Assembly: GCF_001194135.2 (NCBI RefSeq) | Contig: NC_069006.1 | Coordinates: forward strand, 26,331,840-26,395,839 | Direction: 5' to 3' | From: Octopus bimaculoides | Taxonomy: Eukaryota | DNA: 64,000 nucleotides | In this document: positions 37,681 through 45,310 of the stretch, in pieces | How positions within the stretch are numbered: position 1 is the stretch's first letter | Layout of the letters: every line of letters begins with the position of its first letter | Position numbers and translations under genes: made by a program | Notes under the pieces: generated by a model | What the model was told of the DNA's origin: nothing | Seen by the model: the letters and a program-made list of their open reading frames with translations, nothing else | Database searches by the model: none

Positions 37681-40218
37681 GTTTAATTAAGGCAGCAATC
37701 TGACCACATCGTTAGCACACTGGACAACAAGCTTTGTGGCATTTCGTCTGGATTTATGTTCTGGCAAAGTTGAGTTTGCCTTTCATTCTTGGGGTGGTGG
37801 TGGTGAATAGGTACCAGTCATACACTTGGGTCAATCTAATCAACTGGCCTCGTCTCCCAAAACTTCAGGCCTTGAGCCTCTATAGTAGAAAAGATTATTA
37901 AGTTGGTGGGCAGGGCAGCATCTGCATCTCACCGGACAAAATGCTTAGCAGCTTTTCTTATGTTTTTACATTTCTGAGTTCAAATAGCAGTGAGGTGTTC
38001 TTTGCTTTTCATCCTTTTCAGGTTGATAAATTAAGTAACAATTGAGCACTGGGGTTGATTACATGCCCTTGTGCTCCCCGCAAATTTTGGCTTTATGCCT
38101 ACATCTCCATCTCCCTGCTTCATCTGGAGTCGCTACTGAGATTCTCAAAGTATTGGAGAAGGTAGTCTCCTGCATAGTTAAAACCATGTTATTGAGGAAG
38201 ATGTAGTCCCCAGTGACTGGTGTAGCAGCATCACAATCTGCTGCTACTAGGGCGAGGGAGATGCCTTTGATAGAAGTAATTGTAGAGGCATCAAATTGCT
38301 GCACAACAATGGTAGTGTGTGATTTGGCTGCTATTTCTAGCATTCTAATTAGAGGTTCTGTTGATGGCTTATTGTTGTTCTCTATGTTTATAGGAAGTGA
38401 GTGTTGTGCCAGAGGAAGTAACTAATGTCACACAGGAAGTGGGTGTTGCTATGACAACTAGCTTGCAGCCAGAGGTGGAAGTTGCTCCAGCCACGCCTGC
38501 CCCTACACCAATGATGGAATCGACCTCTCATGACCTTCCTCCAGTCAACGAAACCCTGTCCCAGCCAGCTACGATTGAGGTAGGAATTTAACCTGTCATT
38601 GCTGTTTGAGCTCTTGTAGTCCAATCGCGACCACCTCCTATTTATTCAGCCATCATCTAATGTGGTTACTGCTTCATATAAAATGCAGTCAGATTTTTCT
38701 TTTCTGTTCTTTTACTCATTGTTTCCTTTTCTTTAATTTCAGGCTCCCTCTGTTTTTCCAGCAACCAAGACCCCTTCCAAGAGAAGAGCATCTCAGTCCC
38801 GCAGAAACAAAACGACAGAGCATGGGAAGTTTTCTGTAAGAGAGGAAACATCCCAGATGGAAGTAGAGAGTAAAGATAAAGGAGGAGTTGAGGTGGTTGA
38901 CGAAAAGGCAACAGGGGAGGAGGAAGTGAAACCCTTAAGTTTTGTCACTGCCTCACAGTCTGCCCCCCACATTGAGTTTACACACACTTCACGAAAGAGA
39001 GCCAGCAAAGCGCCTGCTGTTGTTGCAGAGTCTGTGACTCAGGGACCAGGATCAGTTGGGGGAGAGATGCAGTCACAGAGCAACGAGGAAGCTGACCGAA
39101 GCTCCAGTCCGTTACCCATGAGGGTTTTGAGGAGCAGCACTTTGAATAGGAAAGCCAAATTAGAGACACCACCTCCAACGCCGACAGGTAAAAGTTTCCC
39201 TTCGGCTCCACAAAAGAGTTTCATTGCTCAGTCATCTGCCCGAAGAAAAACATTTATGGAGGAGAGCCCCACCCTTGTGAATATCAAGTCCAAAACACAG
39301 AGTATGATGGAAGTCTTTTTCCAAGAGAAACCTGCTCGAAGAAATACCTCTGTAATTCCTGCAGACCTGGAACCCTCTGCGAAAATGGAGGAGGCAGAAT
39401 CGTCTCTTCTCACTCCTTCCCCTTCCAGAAGAAGGAAGACTTCAGACACAGGACGTAAAACNNNNNNNNNNNNNNNNNNNNNNNNNNNNNNNNNNNNNNN
39501 NNNNNNNNNNNNNNNNNNNNNNNNNNNNNNNNNNNNNNNNNNNNNNNNNNNNNNNNNNNNNNNNNNNNNNNNNNNNNNNNNNNNNNNNNNNNNNNNNNNN
39601 NNNNNNNNNNNNNNNNNNNNNNNNNNNNNNNNNNNNNNNNNNNNNNNNNNNNNNNNNNNNNNNNNNNNNNNNNNNNNNNNNNNNNNNNNNNNNNNNNNNN
39701 NNNNNNNNNNNNNNNNNNNNNNNNNNNNNNNNNNNNNNNNNNNNNNNNNNNNNNNNNNNNNNNNNNNNNNNNNNNNNNNNNNNNNNNNNNNNNNNNNNNN
39801 NNNNNNNNNNNNNNNNNNNNNNNNNNNNNNNNNNNNNNNNNNNNNNNNNNNNNNNNNNNNNNNNNNNNNNNNNNNNNNNNNNNNNNNNNNNNNNNNNNNN
39901 NNNNNNNNNNNNNNNNNNNNNNNNNNNNNNNNNNNNNNNNNNNNNNNNNNNNNNNNNNNNNNNNNNNNNNNNNNNNNNNNNNNNNNNNNNNNNNNNNNNN
40001 NNNNNNNNNNNNNNNNNNNNNNNNNNNNNNNNNNNNNNNNNNNNNNNNNNNNNNNNNNNNNNNNNNNNNNNNNNNNNNNNNNNNNNNNNNNNNNNNNNNN
40101 NNNNNNNNNNNNNNNNNNNNNNNNNNNNNNNNNNNNNNNNNNNNNNNNNNNNNNNNNNNNNNNNNNNNNNNNNNNNNNNNNNNNNNNNNNNNNNNNNNNN
40201 NNNNNNNNNNNNNNNNNN

Positions 40219-40259
<41 letters not shown>

Positions 40260-41889
40260 ATATATATATATATATATAGATATACATTCTGTCAAATATT
40301 TTTATTTTGGGATGAGTGAGTGTTTATACATAAATTACAGCTTTTTTTCTGTTGTCTTCTTTAAAGAGTCACCAAAAATCTTGATAGAGCCGGAGCCAAT
40401 GACAACGTCCGAGTCGATGAGCAGTCAGCAGAAACCTCAGAAAAGATCAACAAAGAATCGATCCTTTGTGATACCAGCGGCCACGCCAATGACCCGTCTG
40501 CGACAGACGAGTCACAAGAAGGACACAGATAATAATACAATAATAAAAGAAACTGAGACAGTTTCTAAATCACCGGAGAAAGATAAACTTTATTCTGCAT
40601 CTGTACTTATTCCAGTGATGTCAGACATTCTTCCTTTGGCTGCTGAGCTGCAAACCCCAGTCAAGGTTAGATCTACAAGGTCAGTACTTACAACACCCAT
40701 GTTATGTCTTTTAAACGCTTCTTTTATTTCCCTTTAGCTTTCGGATTATTCTGTCAAATGAAATACTTTTTCACTCAAATTGTTTTGAATTAAACATTCA
40801 TTATCTCATAGCTTTGAGATTTCAATGATGTAATTATTTTCAAAATAACATTGTAGGGTTGGTGTGAGAGGCCTGATCTGGTTGGTTTGAACATAAAACA
40901 AGAAGAATACATGAGTTAGATTGAACCTTTCAGCATTTGGATTAACTCTGTCAAATGTGACGCGTATTTATTCACATTGTCTTGAATTTATCGTGCATTA
41001 TGTCGCAGCTTTGAAATTTCAGTGATGCGTTTGTTTATTTTTAGAATGACATTGTAGGGAAGGTGTGAGAGGCCAGACCTGGCTGGTTTGAACATGAAAC
41101 TGATAGAATATTTTACCTGAATATAGTCAGTTTAAATGGCAAAGAGTTAACATCTGTTGGGTGGCTGGGCCAAGTTGAGGATATTTAAGGGGAGTTTTTG
41201 TGTCTTTTCTATGGGCACGCTCCTGTTGGTTGCTCAACAACTTCATTAGCAGGAAACAAAAGAGGCATTTTTCTATGTTCAAACTGGTCAGATCTTGTCT
41301 CTCACACCTACCCTACAATGTCATTATAAAGATGAACAGTAACATCATTGAAATCTTTGAAGCTCTAAGGTAATGCATAATTAATTCAAAACATGTAAAA
41401 GCACTTGTGTGGTTGGCATGTTAGGAAGGGCATCCAGCTGTGGAGACCATGCTAAATCAGACTGGAGTCTGGTGCAGCTCCCCAGCTTGCCACCTCTGGT
41501 CAAACTGTCCAACCCATGATGATGATGATGATGATGAATGTGAACAAATAAGCATTACCTCTGACAGAATAATCTCACTGCCAAACGCTTGAAACGTGAT
41601 TTTGTTTTATGGGTAACATTACTTTAAAGATTACAATCTCTCATTGTTTCTGCCTTCTAACACATTTGTCTCTGTATTTTTCAGAAGGAAAGCCTATTTG
41701 GTGAACCCAGTCGACAGCCCTATAAATTTTCTGAGCCCCGGCCCATCCAAACCTGCTCCACAAAGGTCAGACTCAAACAAGACAAAAACCACCCGAAAAC
41801 CTTCGCCTGGTCGGACTCTAAACCAACAGCCATTTCATGGCATGGTGCTCAGGCCTAAAGCAGCCCCAGTGAAAAAACGAAAGTTATGA
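11802..41889 (+). CDS. AHCTF1: ELYS / AHCTF1 (MEL-28) nucleoporin, 38 coding exons, about 2499 aa
   Basis: Exons joined by GT/GC-AG junctions with fully consistent phases (sum 7500 nt). Diagnostic matches to ELYS as recalled: SKVVKAIEIP, YQEPENDP, FDMNRWYHLQMP, EQFFYP, LDWSWNKV, AGLLPE, LMIDGL, YPPPS, GFWFLDHKDFE, LVKLPLT, YYLQRARY, TRPRPLS, TPQSILK. N-terminal beta-propeller, helical domain and long disordered C-terminus. Junction at the 39462-40218 gap is uncertain. Confidence 0.96.
12205..12402 (+). mobile_element. SINE family B in ELYS intron 1
   Basis: GAGCTGGCAGAATTGTTAGC...AGTTCAAATTCTG...AAATTCAGGCCTTGTGCCTATAATAAAAAGGG(TTA)n. Confidence 0.8.
12424..12686 (+). CDS. AHCTF1: ELYS coding exon 2
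   Basis: DGKVCWLYSGSILEVV...GLSKVVKAIEIPFP; donor |gtaagt, phase 0. Confidence 0.93.
12956..13158 (-). mobile_element. SINE family B in ELYS intron 2, antisense
   Basis: Reverse complement of the family B body (CTGGTACTTATTTTATTGACCCC...GGATGAAAGGCAAGGTCAAC...AATTTGAACTCA). Further copies at about 13240-13390 (-), 16480-16690, 25840-26150 (-), 27380-27640 (-), 35160-35290, 37690-38090 and 45740-45920 (-). Confidence 0.8.
13488..13617 (+). CDS. AHCTF1: ELYS coding exon 3
   Basis: VTSVECV...GIIAAGTEGGHVYLI; phase 0 to 1. Confidence 0.92.
14063..14200 (+). CDS. AHCTF1: ELYS coding exon 4
   Basis: DMCLDTYDLSDE...RQVLSMELG; donor A|gtaagt; phase 1 to 1. Confidence 0.92.
14788..14862 (+). CDS. 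AHCTF1: ELYS coding exon 5
   Basis: TEAFSADDMFNYQGNDEDVVKQFST; long pyrimidine tract before the AG; phase 1 to 1. Confidence 0.75.
15041..15229. mobile_element. piggyBac-like MITE family 1 (TTAA-flanked)
   Basis: TTAA at both ends; degenerate TIR CCATTTAACATTTAAA / TCTGGATGTGAAAGGA; core CTCTCACACCTACCCTACAATGTCATT. Other copies at about 17640-17760, 22090-22285, 28027-28140, 40735-40920, 40921-41150, 41273-41590 and 58305-59009. Confidence 0.7.
15414..15522 (+). CDS. AHCTF1: ELYS coding exon 6
   Basis: DDICVTCLKYMSRNGLLAVGFSFGCFQLW; phase 1 to 2. Confidence 0.93.
16341..16469 (+). CDS. AHCTF1: ELYS coding exon 7
   Basis: VPITHIAYQEPENDPKFFTYIWV; phase 2 to 2. Confidence 0.95.
16984..17068 (+). 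CDS. AHCTF1: ELYS coding exon 8
   Basis: NGYVANISLYQLTFNKR...YFYE; phase 2 to 0. Confidence 0.9.
17205..17358 (+). CDS. AHCTF1: ELYS coding exon 9
   Basis: EMTSIGIRLEHDL...SNVISCFTLE...ESHEE; phase 0 to 1. Confidence 0.9.
17951..18089 (+). CDS. AHCTF1: ELYS coding exon 10
   Basis: SPDLSLSVFVW...IFDMNRWYHLQMPSTLR; phase 1 to 2. Confidence 0.95.
18100..18690 (+). repeat. T-rich low-complexity tract filling ELYS intron 10
   Basis: About 590 nt almost devoid of G; produces the spurious Phe-rich ORFs 18057 and 18185. Confidence 0.9.
18698..18785 (+). CDS. AHCTF1: ELYS coding exon 11
   Basis: TLRSSGVCPFMAFCSLDEVV...ELL; phase 2 to 0. Confidence 0.88.
19870..19963 (+). CDS. AHCTF1: ELYS coding exon 12
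   Basis: TIYINPS...AQEQFFYPASLQF; phase 0 to 1. Confidence 0.92.
20415..20476 (+). CDS. AHCTF1: ELYS coding exon 13
   Basis: DVLCLMESGLLGAKYLGMQRQ; phase 1 to 0. Confidence 0.9.
21182..21310 (+). CDS. AHCTF1: ELYS coding exon 14
   Basis: VLNTIQKLGPSCL...YKMCLFVGLV...SFSIV; phase 0 to 0. Confidence 0.9.
21598..21688 (+). CDS. AHCTF1: ELYS coding exon 15 (followed by a GC donor)
   Basis: GFQREALLSLCLEHH...DEWAEG; donor AG|gcaagt, phase 1. Confidence 0.87.
22361..22450 (+). CDS. AHCTF1: ELYS coding exon 16
   Basis: EFTAQKCTLKYLLDWSWNKVVQIKEAID; phase 1 to 1. Confidence 0.94.
22709..22849 (+). CDS. AHCTF1: ELYS coding exon 17
   Basis: KHFFDWSGLPIDD...SVPTTEN; phase 1 to 1. Confidence 0.92.
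23111..23215 (+). CDS. AHCTF1: ELYS coding exon 18
   Basis: GIEELKQK...VIWFVEAGLLPEND; phase 1 to 1. Confidence 0.94.
23886..23982 (+). CDS. AHCTF1: ELYS coding exon 19
   Basis: LYKYPRLNLFEEFSKRRTEIKQLN; phase 1 to 2. Confidence 0.88.
24812..24932 (+). CDS. AHCTF1: ELYS coding exon 20
   Basis: LLMIDGLIANM...WKQDGGNELYPPPSIS; phase 2 to 0. Confidence 0.95.
24974..25239. mobile_element. piggyBac-like MITE family 2
   Basis: TTAA-CCCCTTTATGTCACC ... GATATCAAAAGGG-TTAA; 266 bp, non-coding. Confidence 0.65.
25671..25781 (+). CDS. AHCTF1: ELYS coding exon 21
   Basis: ALLYIYLLEDVS..TKHCVVGYFFLDL; phase 0 to 0. Confidence 0.92.
26178..26262 (+). repeat. (CA)n microsatellite
   Basis: Nearly pure CA run. 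Other large (CA)n/(TA)n arrays at about 14400-14465, 48590-48670, 55440-55500, 60700-60960, 63395-63475 and 63957-64000. Confidence 0.95.
26352..26453 (+). CDS. AHCTF1: ELYS coding exon 22
   Basis: FSQIFSIP...LITGFWFLDHKDFE; phase 0 to 0. Confidence 0.95.
26753..26934 (+). CDS. AHCTF1: ELYS coding exon 23
   Basis: QWQHRQVIKSLLYQEEYKLALQYL...LTTFLFNG; phase 0 to 2. Confidence 0.94.
27155..27249 (+). CDS. AHCTF1: ELYS coding exon 24
   Basis: MTAQAVEFYRSCC...LISHIFLGCQQ; phase 2 to 1. Confidence 0.92.
28387..28568 (+). CDS. AHCTF1: ELYS coding exon 25
   Basis: LVKLPLTEAEEKWLENYL...VVYYLQRARYVDAIRLNEKL; phase 1 to 0. Confidence 0.95.
28601..29050 (+). mobile_element. Decayed RTE-clade LINE ORF2 C-terminal fragment
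   Basis: Frameshifted translation LPVLFHICETWTL...KIMDYH*SDYISNQRV..ETGLCPVTCLI...QLRQFGHVAQF...G*PHATW, matching the RTE C-terminal pattern LLYGCETW...SNxxV...RWFGHVAR...GRP; contains stop codons. Confidence 0.7.
29648..29786 (+). CDS. AHCTF1: ELYS coding exon 26
   Basis: TRNIIVRNCLKLLPEIQHQ; phase 0 to 1. Confidence 0.9.
30620..30755 (+). CDS. AHCTF1: ELYS coding exon 27
   Basis: VTRPRPLSTVV...STLILAIMEKMDEV; phase 1 to 2. Confidence 0.92.
31065..31366 (-). mobile_element. tRNA-derived SINE, family C
   Basis: Minus-strand head with A/B-box-like motifs (plus strand GGGAATCGAATTCAC...CCACTAAACCA) and body AATTCTCAGGGAGAT...GCAAGTGGCTGAG; shared with about 4838-5050, 15640-15790 and 23515-23700. 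Confidence 0.8.
31757..31837 (+). CDS. AHCTF1: ELYS coding exon 28 (CAGCAG acceptor; alternative start 31754)
   Basis: SFGEESFQNIAVPFISAPFTPQK; phase 2 to 2. Confidence 0.82.
32082..32231 (+). CDS. AHCTF1: ELYS coding exon 29
   Basis: NFSRFTSEKSLMK...FEQPAR; open frame, phase 2 to 2. Confidence 0.82.
32385..32563 (+). CDS. AHCTF1: ELYS coding exon 30
   Basis: ALSVLQTPVIQRK...PTPQSILKVR; phase 2 to 1. Confidence 0.92.
32763..33003. mobile_element. piggyBac-like MITE family 3
   Basis: TTAA-CCCTTTC ... GAAATGG-TTAA; 241 bp with an interior unrelated to families 1 and 2. Confidence 0.5.
33225..33447 (+). CDS. AHCTF1: ELYS coding exon 31
   Basis: DSPGLRNSGRSSR...KRTSKSLRFAE...; phase 1 to 2. 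Confidence 0.85.
33495..33880 (-). mobile_element. 3' end of a non-LTR retroelement with (TAA)n tail
   Basis: Pure (TTA)n tract at about 33495-33540 abutting a more GC-rich non-coding block recognised as a recurrent Octopus repeat; family not assigned. Confidence 0.5.
33902..34190 (+). mobile_element. tRNA-derived SINE, family D
   Basis: A-box TGGCCTAATGG (33909-33919), B-box-like GGTTTCAATTCC (33952-33963), then GTTGTGTTCTTGAGTAAAAC central block. Confidence 0.65.
34394..35097 (+). CDS. AHCTF1: ELYS coding exon 32 (acidic)
   Basis: Most of ORF 34317..35105; acceptor tttcag at 34392-34393, donor G|gtaagt; phase 2 to 1. Confidence 0.85.
35828..36426 (+). CDS. AHCTF1: ELYS coding exon 33 (acidic, Thr/Pro-rich)
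   Basis: Overlaps ORF 35845..36537; donor CAG|gtaaaa; phase 1 to 0. Confidence 0.85.
36771..37607 (+). CDS. AHCTF1: ELYS coding exon 34 (Glu-rich repeats; CAGCAG acceptor)
   Basis: Within ORF 36567..37703; donor ATG|gtaaga; phase 0 to 0. Confidence 0.85.
36861..37034 (+). repeat. Coding minisatellite, about 27-nt unit (EEEEEAEVV)
   Basis: 5-6 tandem units of GAGGAAGAGGAGGCAGAAGTGGTG-like sequence within ELYS exon 34. Confidence 0.9.
38394..38579 (+). CDS. AHCTF1: ELYS coding exon 35
   Basis: EVSVVPEEV...QPATIE; phase 0 to 0. Confidence 0.82.
38743..39454 (+). CDS. AHCTF1: ELYS coding exon 36 (3' end uncertain; may run into the gap)
   Basis: APSVFPATKTPSKRRAS...RRRKTSDTG; in frame with ORF 38857; possible donor C|gtaaaa at 39455 fits the phase of the next exon; N gap begins at 39462. 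Confidence 0.75.
39462..40218. other. Assembly gap inside ELYS
   Basis: N run interrupting the exon 36 / intron region. Other gaps at about 21335-21476, 27556-27565, 46175-46195, 51871-52104, 53529-54326, 59577-59790, 60760-60769 and 62510-62591. Confidence 0.99.
40367..40679 (+). CDS. AHCTF1: ELYS coding exon 37
   Basis: ESPKILIEPEP...TPMTRLRQ...TPVKVRSTR; donor AG|gtcagt; phase 1 to 2. Confidence 0.8.
41685..41889 (+). CDS. AHCTF1: ELYS terminal coding exon 38
   Basis: RKAYLVNPVDSPINF...GMVLRPKAAPVKKRKL*; basic C-terminus. Confidence 0.85.
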
Positions 41890-42574
41890 TAGCTATTATT
41901 AATTAACTGATTAATTAAAAAGACTCAATCAAATTCCAGTCTGGGGGAATGAAATGCAAGGAGTTCTTCTATGACTGGTTGATTGTGCTTGTTGTTTGTT
42001 GTTGAGTTGAAATTCGCTGCCAGGGACAACTTCGATTGATGACAGCGATGTGGTTGTTAAATGTACCAGTCATACACTGGGGAGAGGGAGGGTCACAGAC
42101 ACACACACACAACAGACTGTACTCCACTTCCTTGTGGCCATGGGTCAATGTAAAAATTTCACATTGTATCAATAATAATAAAAATAATGATGATAATAAT
42201 AATAAGAATAATAATAATAATGTTGGTGATGATTACAATCCAGCTTGGAGTCTTTGCCTTTCACGTGTGATGTCAATGGTACCGGTAATATACTGGATAC
42301 ATTATGTTGATAGTTGTCCTCTGGTTCAAGGGAGTTGTTCTGCCCACCTGTGAGAAAAGGACCCTCGACTACAGGACTCGATCCTGGTTGTATTTAATTC
42401 CTTTTGTTTTTATTCTTTTTACTTTTTTTTTTTTTTTAGCTTCACACATCAGAATTTCATGTTCAAATCACAGAGGAAGGAACTTGACATTTGAGTCTGG
42501 ATAGCTCCCTGCTAACCAGCTCCATGTCAAGCAGTCCAACTGATGATGATGATGATGATATATATATATGTATG

Positions 42575-42605
<31 letters not shown>

Positions 42606-44884
42606 ATATAAAAATATATATGTATATTCTATAATTATTTATATATACTATAATTATATATGTATATAATATGATCATATATATATATATATATATATAC
42701 ATCACATATAATTATACACATAAACACATACTTGTACACTAATATTTATATATTTTGTGTGTGTGTGTGTATGTGTATAGTTTACTTTTGTTTAAAGTAA
42801 AGAAAAATCTGATTTAAAATTTTTATTTCCTTATATGGACATGTTTGTGCATTTGATGTTTTAAGTGTTTGATTGAAAGTCTTGTTTCATTGGTTGTCAT
42901 TTCGGTCTGCTGGAAACTGCAGGGAGGTTTTATGCTCTTGGTCTTTAGTTTCCTGCAGACCAAAGTCTGTCTGACCCTGGAGGGCCTTCAGAATTTTAGT
43001 GCTCTTCTCTGTATATTTAACTTTGATGGCTGATACAAGGGAAGCTTGATTCTCGTATGTAGACCAGCTTATCATGTATTGGACAGAGATTGTGTTTAGT
43101 TGTTTTGTTCCCCTAACACTAAACAATGTTGCACATGTTTATATATACACGCACCTGTGTGTTATGTGTATATAATTTTTTAAAATTATTTTACTTCAGT
43201 GTTAATGTATATAAGTGTGTGTGTCTGTGTATGTATATACACACATACAAACTCACATGCACATGTACATAGTATAAGATAATTCTTTATCCAAAATACT
43301 GAAATCTGAAAATCTCAAACGAGCAAAAAAACATCACAAATTGAAAATTCTCCCTAAAATGGCTCAGAATTTTACTTCTACAATATTTAATTTTTAAGAA
43401 GGGATTTCACTGATTTCGTTTAGTTTTAAAACATCCCAACAGTGGGAAATATGTTTCTGAGAAATATTCCTGTCTTTAGATCCTGTTTTATAAATGCTTC
43501 ATACTTATTTCAGTATTCTAGAAATTACCATTTATCATTTCCACTTTTGGAAAATTGGTTTTCACTTGGATTTGCTGCAAATTAGTGATTCCAATCTTCT
43601 GTAGTTCCTGGAATTGTTGAGTATACAAAGAGATTAGTTACTTGTTTCTTTGTAATTGGTCAAATTGATGGAGAACCCTCTGATGAGATTTGAAAATCAG
43701 TTAAGGTTGTTATTTTTTGTTAAACAGCTAAACTAGCCCTGTTTGTAAGGGTGCTGTGTGTAAGTTGTATAAATCCTCTCTTGATCTTGTGCAGACAGAT
43801 CCTGGGCCCCTGATATTTAAAAATGAAGTGTTAACATCTACTGTAGGAAAATTAGTTGCTCCAGTTTTCTTTATCTACTGTAATTGTTGAATATATGAAT
43901 AGATTGGCTGGTTGTTTCTCTGGGGAAATCGATTTTATATATATATATATATATAGCACTAATTGCTTTTAGTTTTCATCTACCAGATCCACTCAAAAGT
44001 GTGCCATGCAGCAGAACTGAACCTGGAACCATGTGGTTGGAAGGCAAACTTCTTACCACAGTTGGGAAAGATTTTCAAATAAAGAAAGGATGGACGTAAA
44101 ACTCAAATATGATGAGCAACTGTTTTGTGTGGCCAACACGGAAAGGAATCGTAAAAGATGGAATTGGTTTGATGGAAAAAGAGAAACAGTTGTGTGTTGT
44201 ATGAAACTGGACTAGCACCAGATTTATATCAAACCACCTTTGTGATGTATGTATAAGGTGTAAATAAAGGACCTGCTGGGCTTGGGTTCAATCCCCAAGC
44301 TGTCCCATTTTATAAATGTAAATAGAGGGGGCCTCAAGACTGAAACACTCTGATTCCAGTATATCTATGTTGTGTATGTGTGTGTGTGTGTATATATATA
44401 TATTAGAAAAATGTATACTGGTAATTATGTAGTTTGTGTATATATATGTATGTATTTTGGTGTTTTTATATATATATATTGTAGACACTTTTTATCCTTT
44501 TATGTAAATATATAAAACTACAGTCACTGAAAGAAAACTCCCTTTGGTAGTGTTAAATAAATTTTAAAAGTAAGTGACTAGCTTAGTTTCACACCAGACA
44601 GGCTCTTCAGTCATTGGGGAGCCTGCTTTCAGTTGAAACTGTTATGTCACTGTCACTTATGTCTTACATGTATTTGTGTTTATATCTTTATATGTATTTG
44701 TGTGTACGTATATGTGTGTGCATGTATATATATATATATAAACTCTGCCTTGTTTTTGTCTTCAGCACAGTTTCCTGCCATTTCTTGCATTTTTTCATAC
44801 CCTCTTCCATGAAGTCCAGTCTCTTGAAACCAGCTTTCAGTATGTTTTGTAACTACTGCATGATGTCAAGACAAACAACACACA

Positions 44885-45310
44885 CACACACATTATATAT
44901 CATTGCTATTATGTTAAAGTATCGTATGTCCAAATTTGGCCAAATGCATTTTTTGCAATATTTTATTTAGCTTGCAATAGCCAGTTCTTTTGGTCAAACT
45001 ATCGTATTTCCAGCTGCTTCAGATGCCAAGGTATGAAAATTGTCAAATTGTAGTTGAACGGTTTAGCATTTTGCAAAAGTGTAGTAAGTCCCACATACGA
45101 CAGTTTTGCAAAAATATTTCTGACTGAAAATATCACACATGCATGCAGTTAGGATTTTATACATCCAACAAAGTATTCATTGTTAAGCTGAAACTGTTGC
45201 TAATGTAAAAAGAAATGGAATGGTGAAACAATTCTATCCCTTTCTGAAAAAAAGCAATGTTTTGGACTTACGATACTTTTGCATAATAGCAATGATATGT
45301 AATGTGTGTG
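44885..45310. mobile_element. MITE-like element with 50-bp terminal inverted repeats
   Basis: 44885-44934 and the reverse complement of 45261-45310 match at 46/50 positions. Confidence 0.65.

Noticed and set aside
38857-40737. 626-aa ORF in the track
   Set aside because: Reads through 757 Ns and a (TA)n intron; it is really parts of two ELYS exons.
43680-43700. CTGATGAGATTTGAAAATC and other CTGATGA hits (10170, 21808, 24628)
   Set aside because: No stem II/III or stem I pairing; not hammerheads, and no matching C/D snoRNA terminal stems.
44740-44860. Minus-strand stretch open in two frames (LQNILKAGFKRLDFMEEG / HTESWFQETGLHG) with plausible splice sites
   Set aside because: No recognisable homology and no partner exons found.
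44971-45030. Plus-strand exon-like block LAIASSFGQTIVFPAASDAK with AG and GTATGA borders
   Set aside because: Lies inside the 44885-45310 inverted-repeat element, downstream of the ELYS stop codon.
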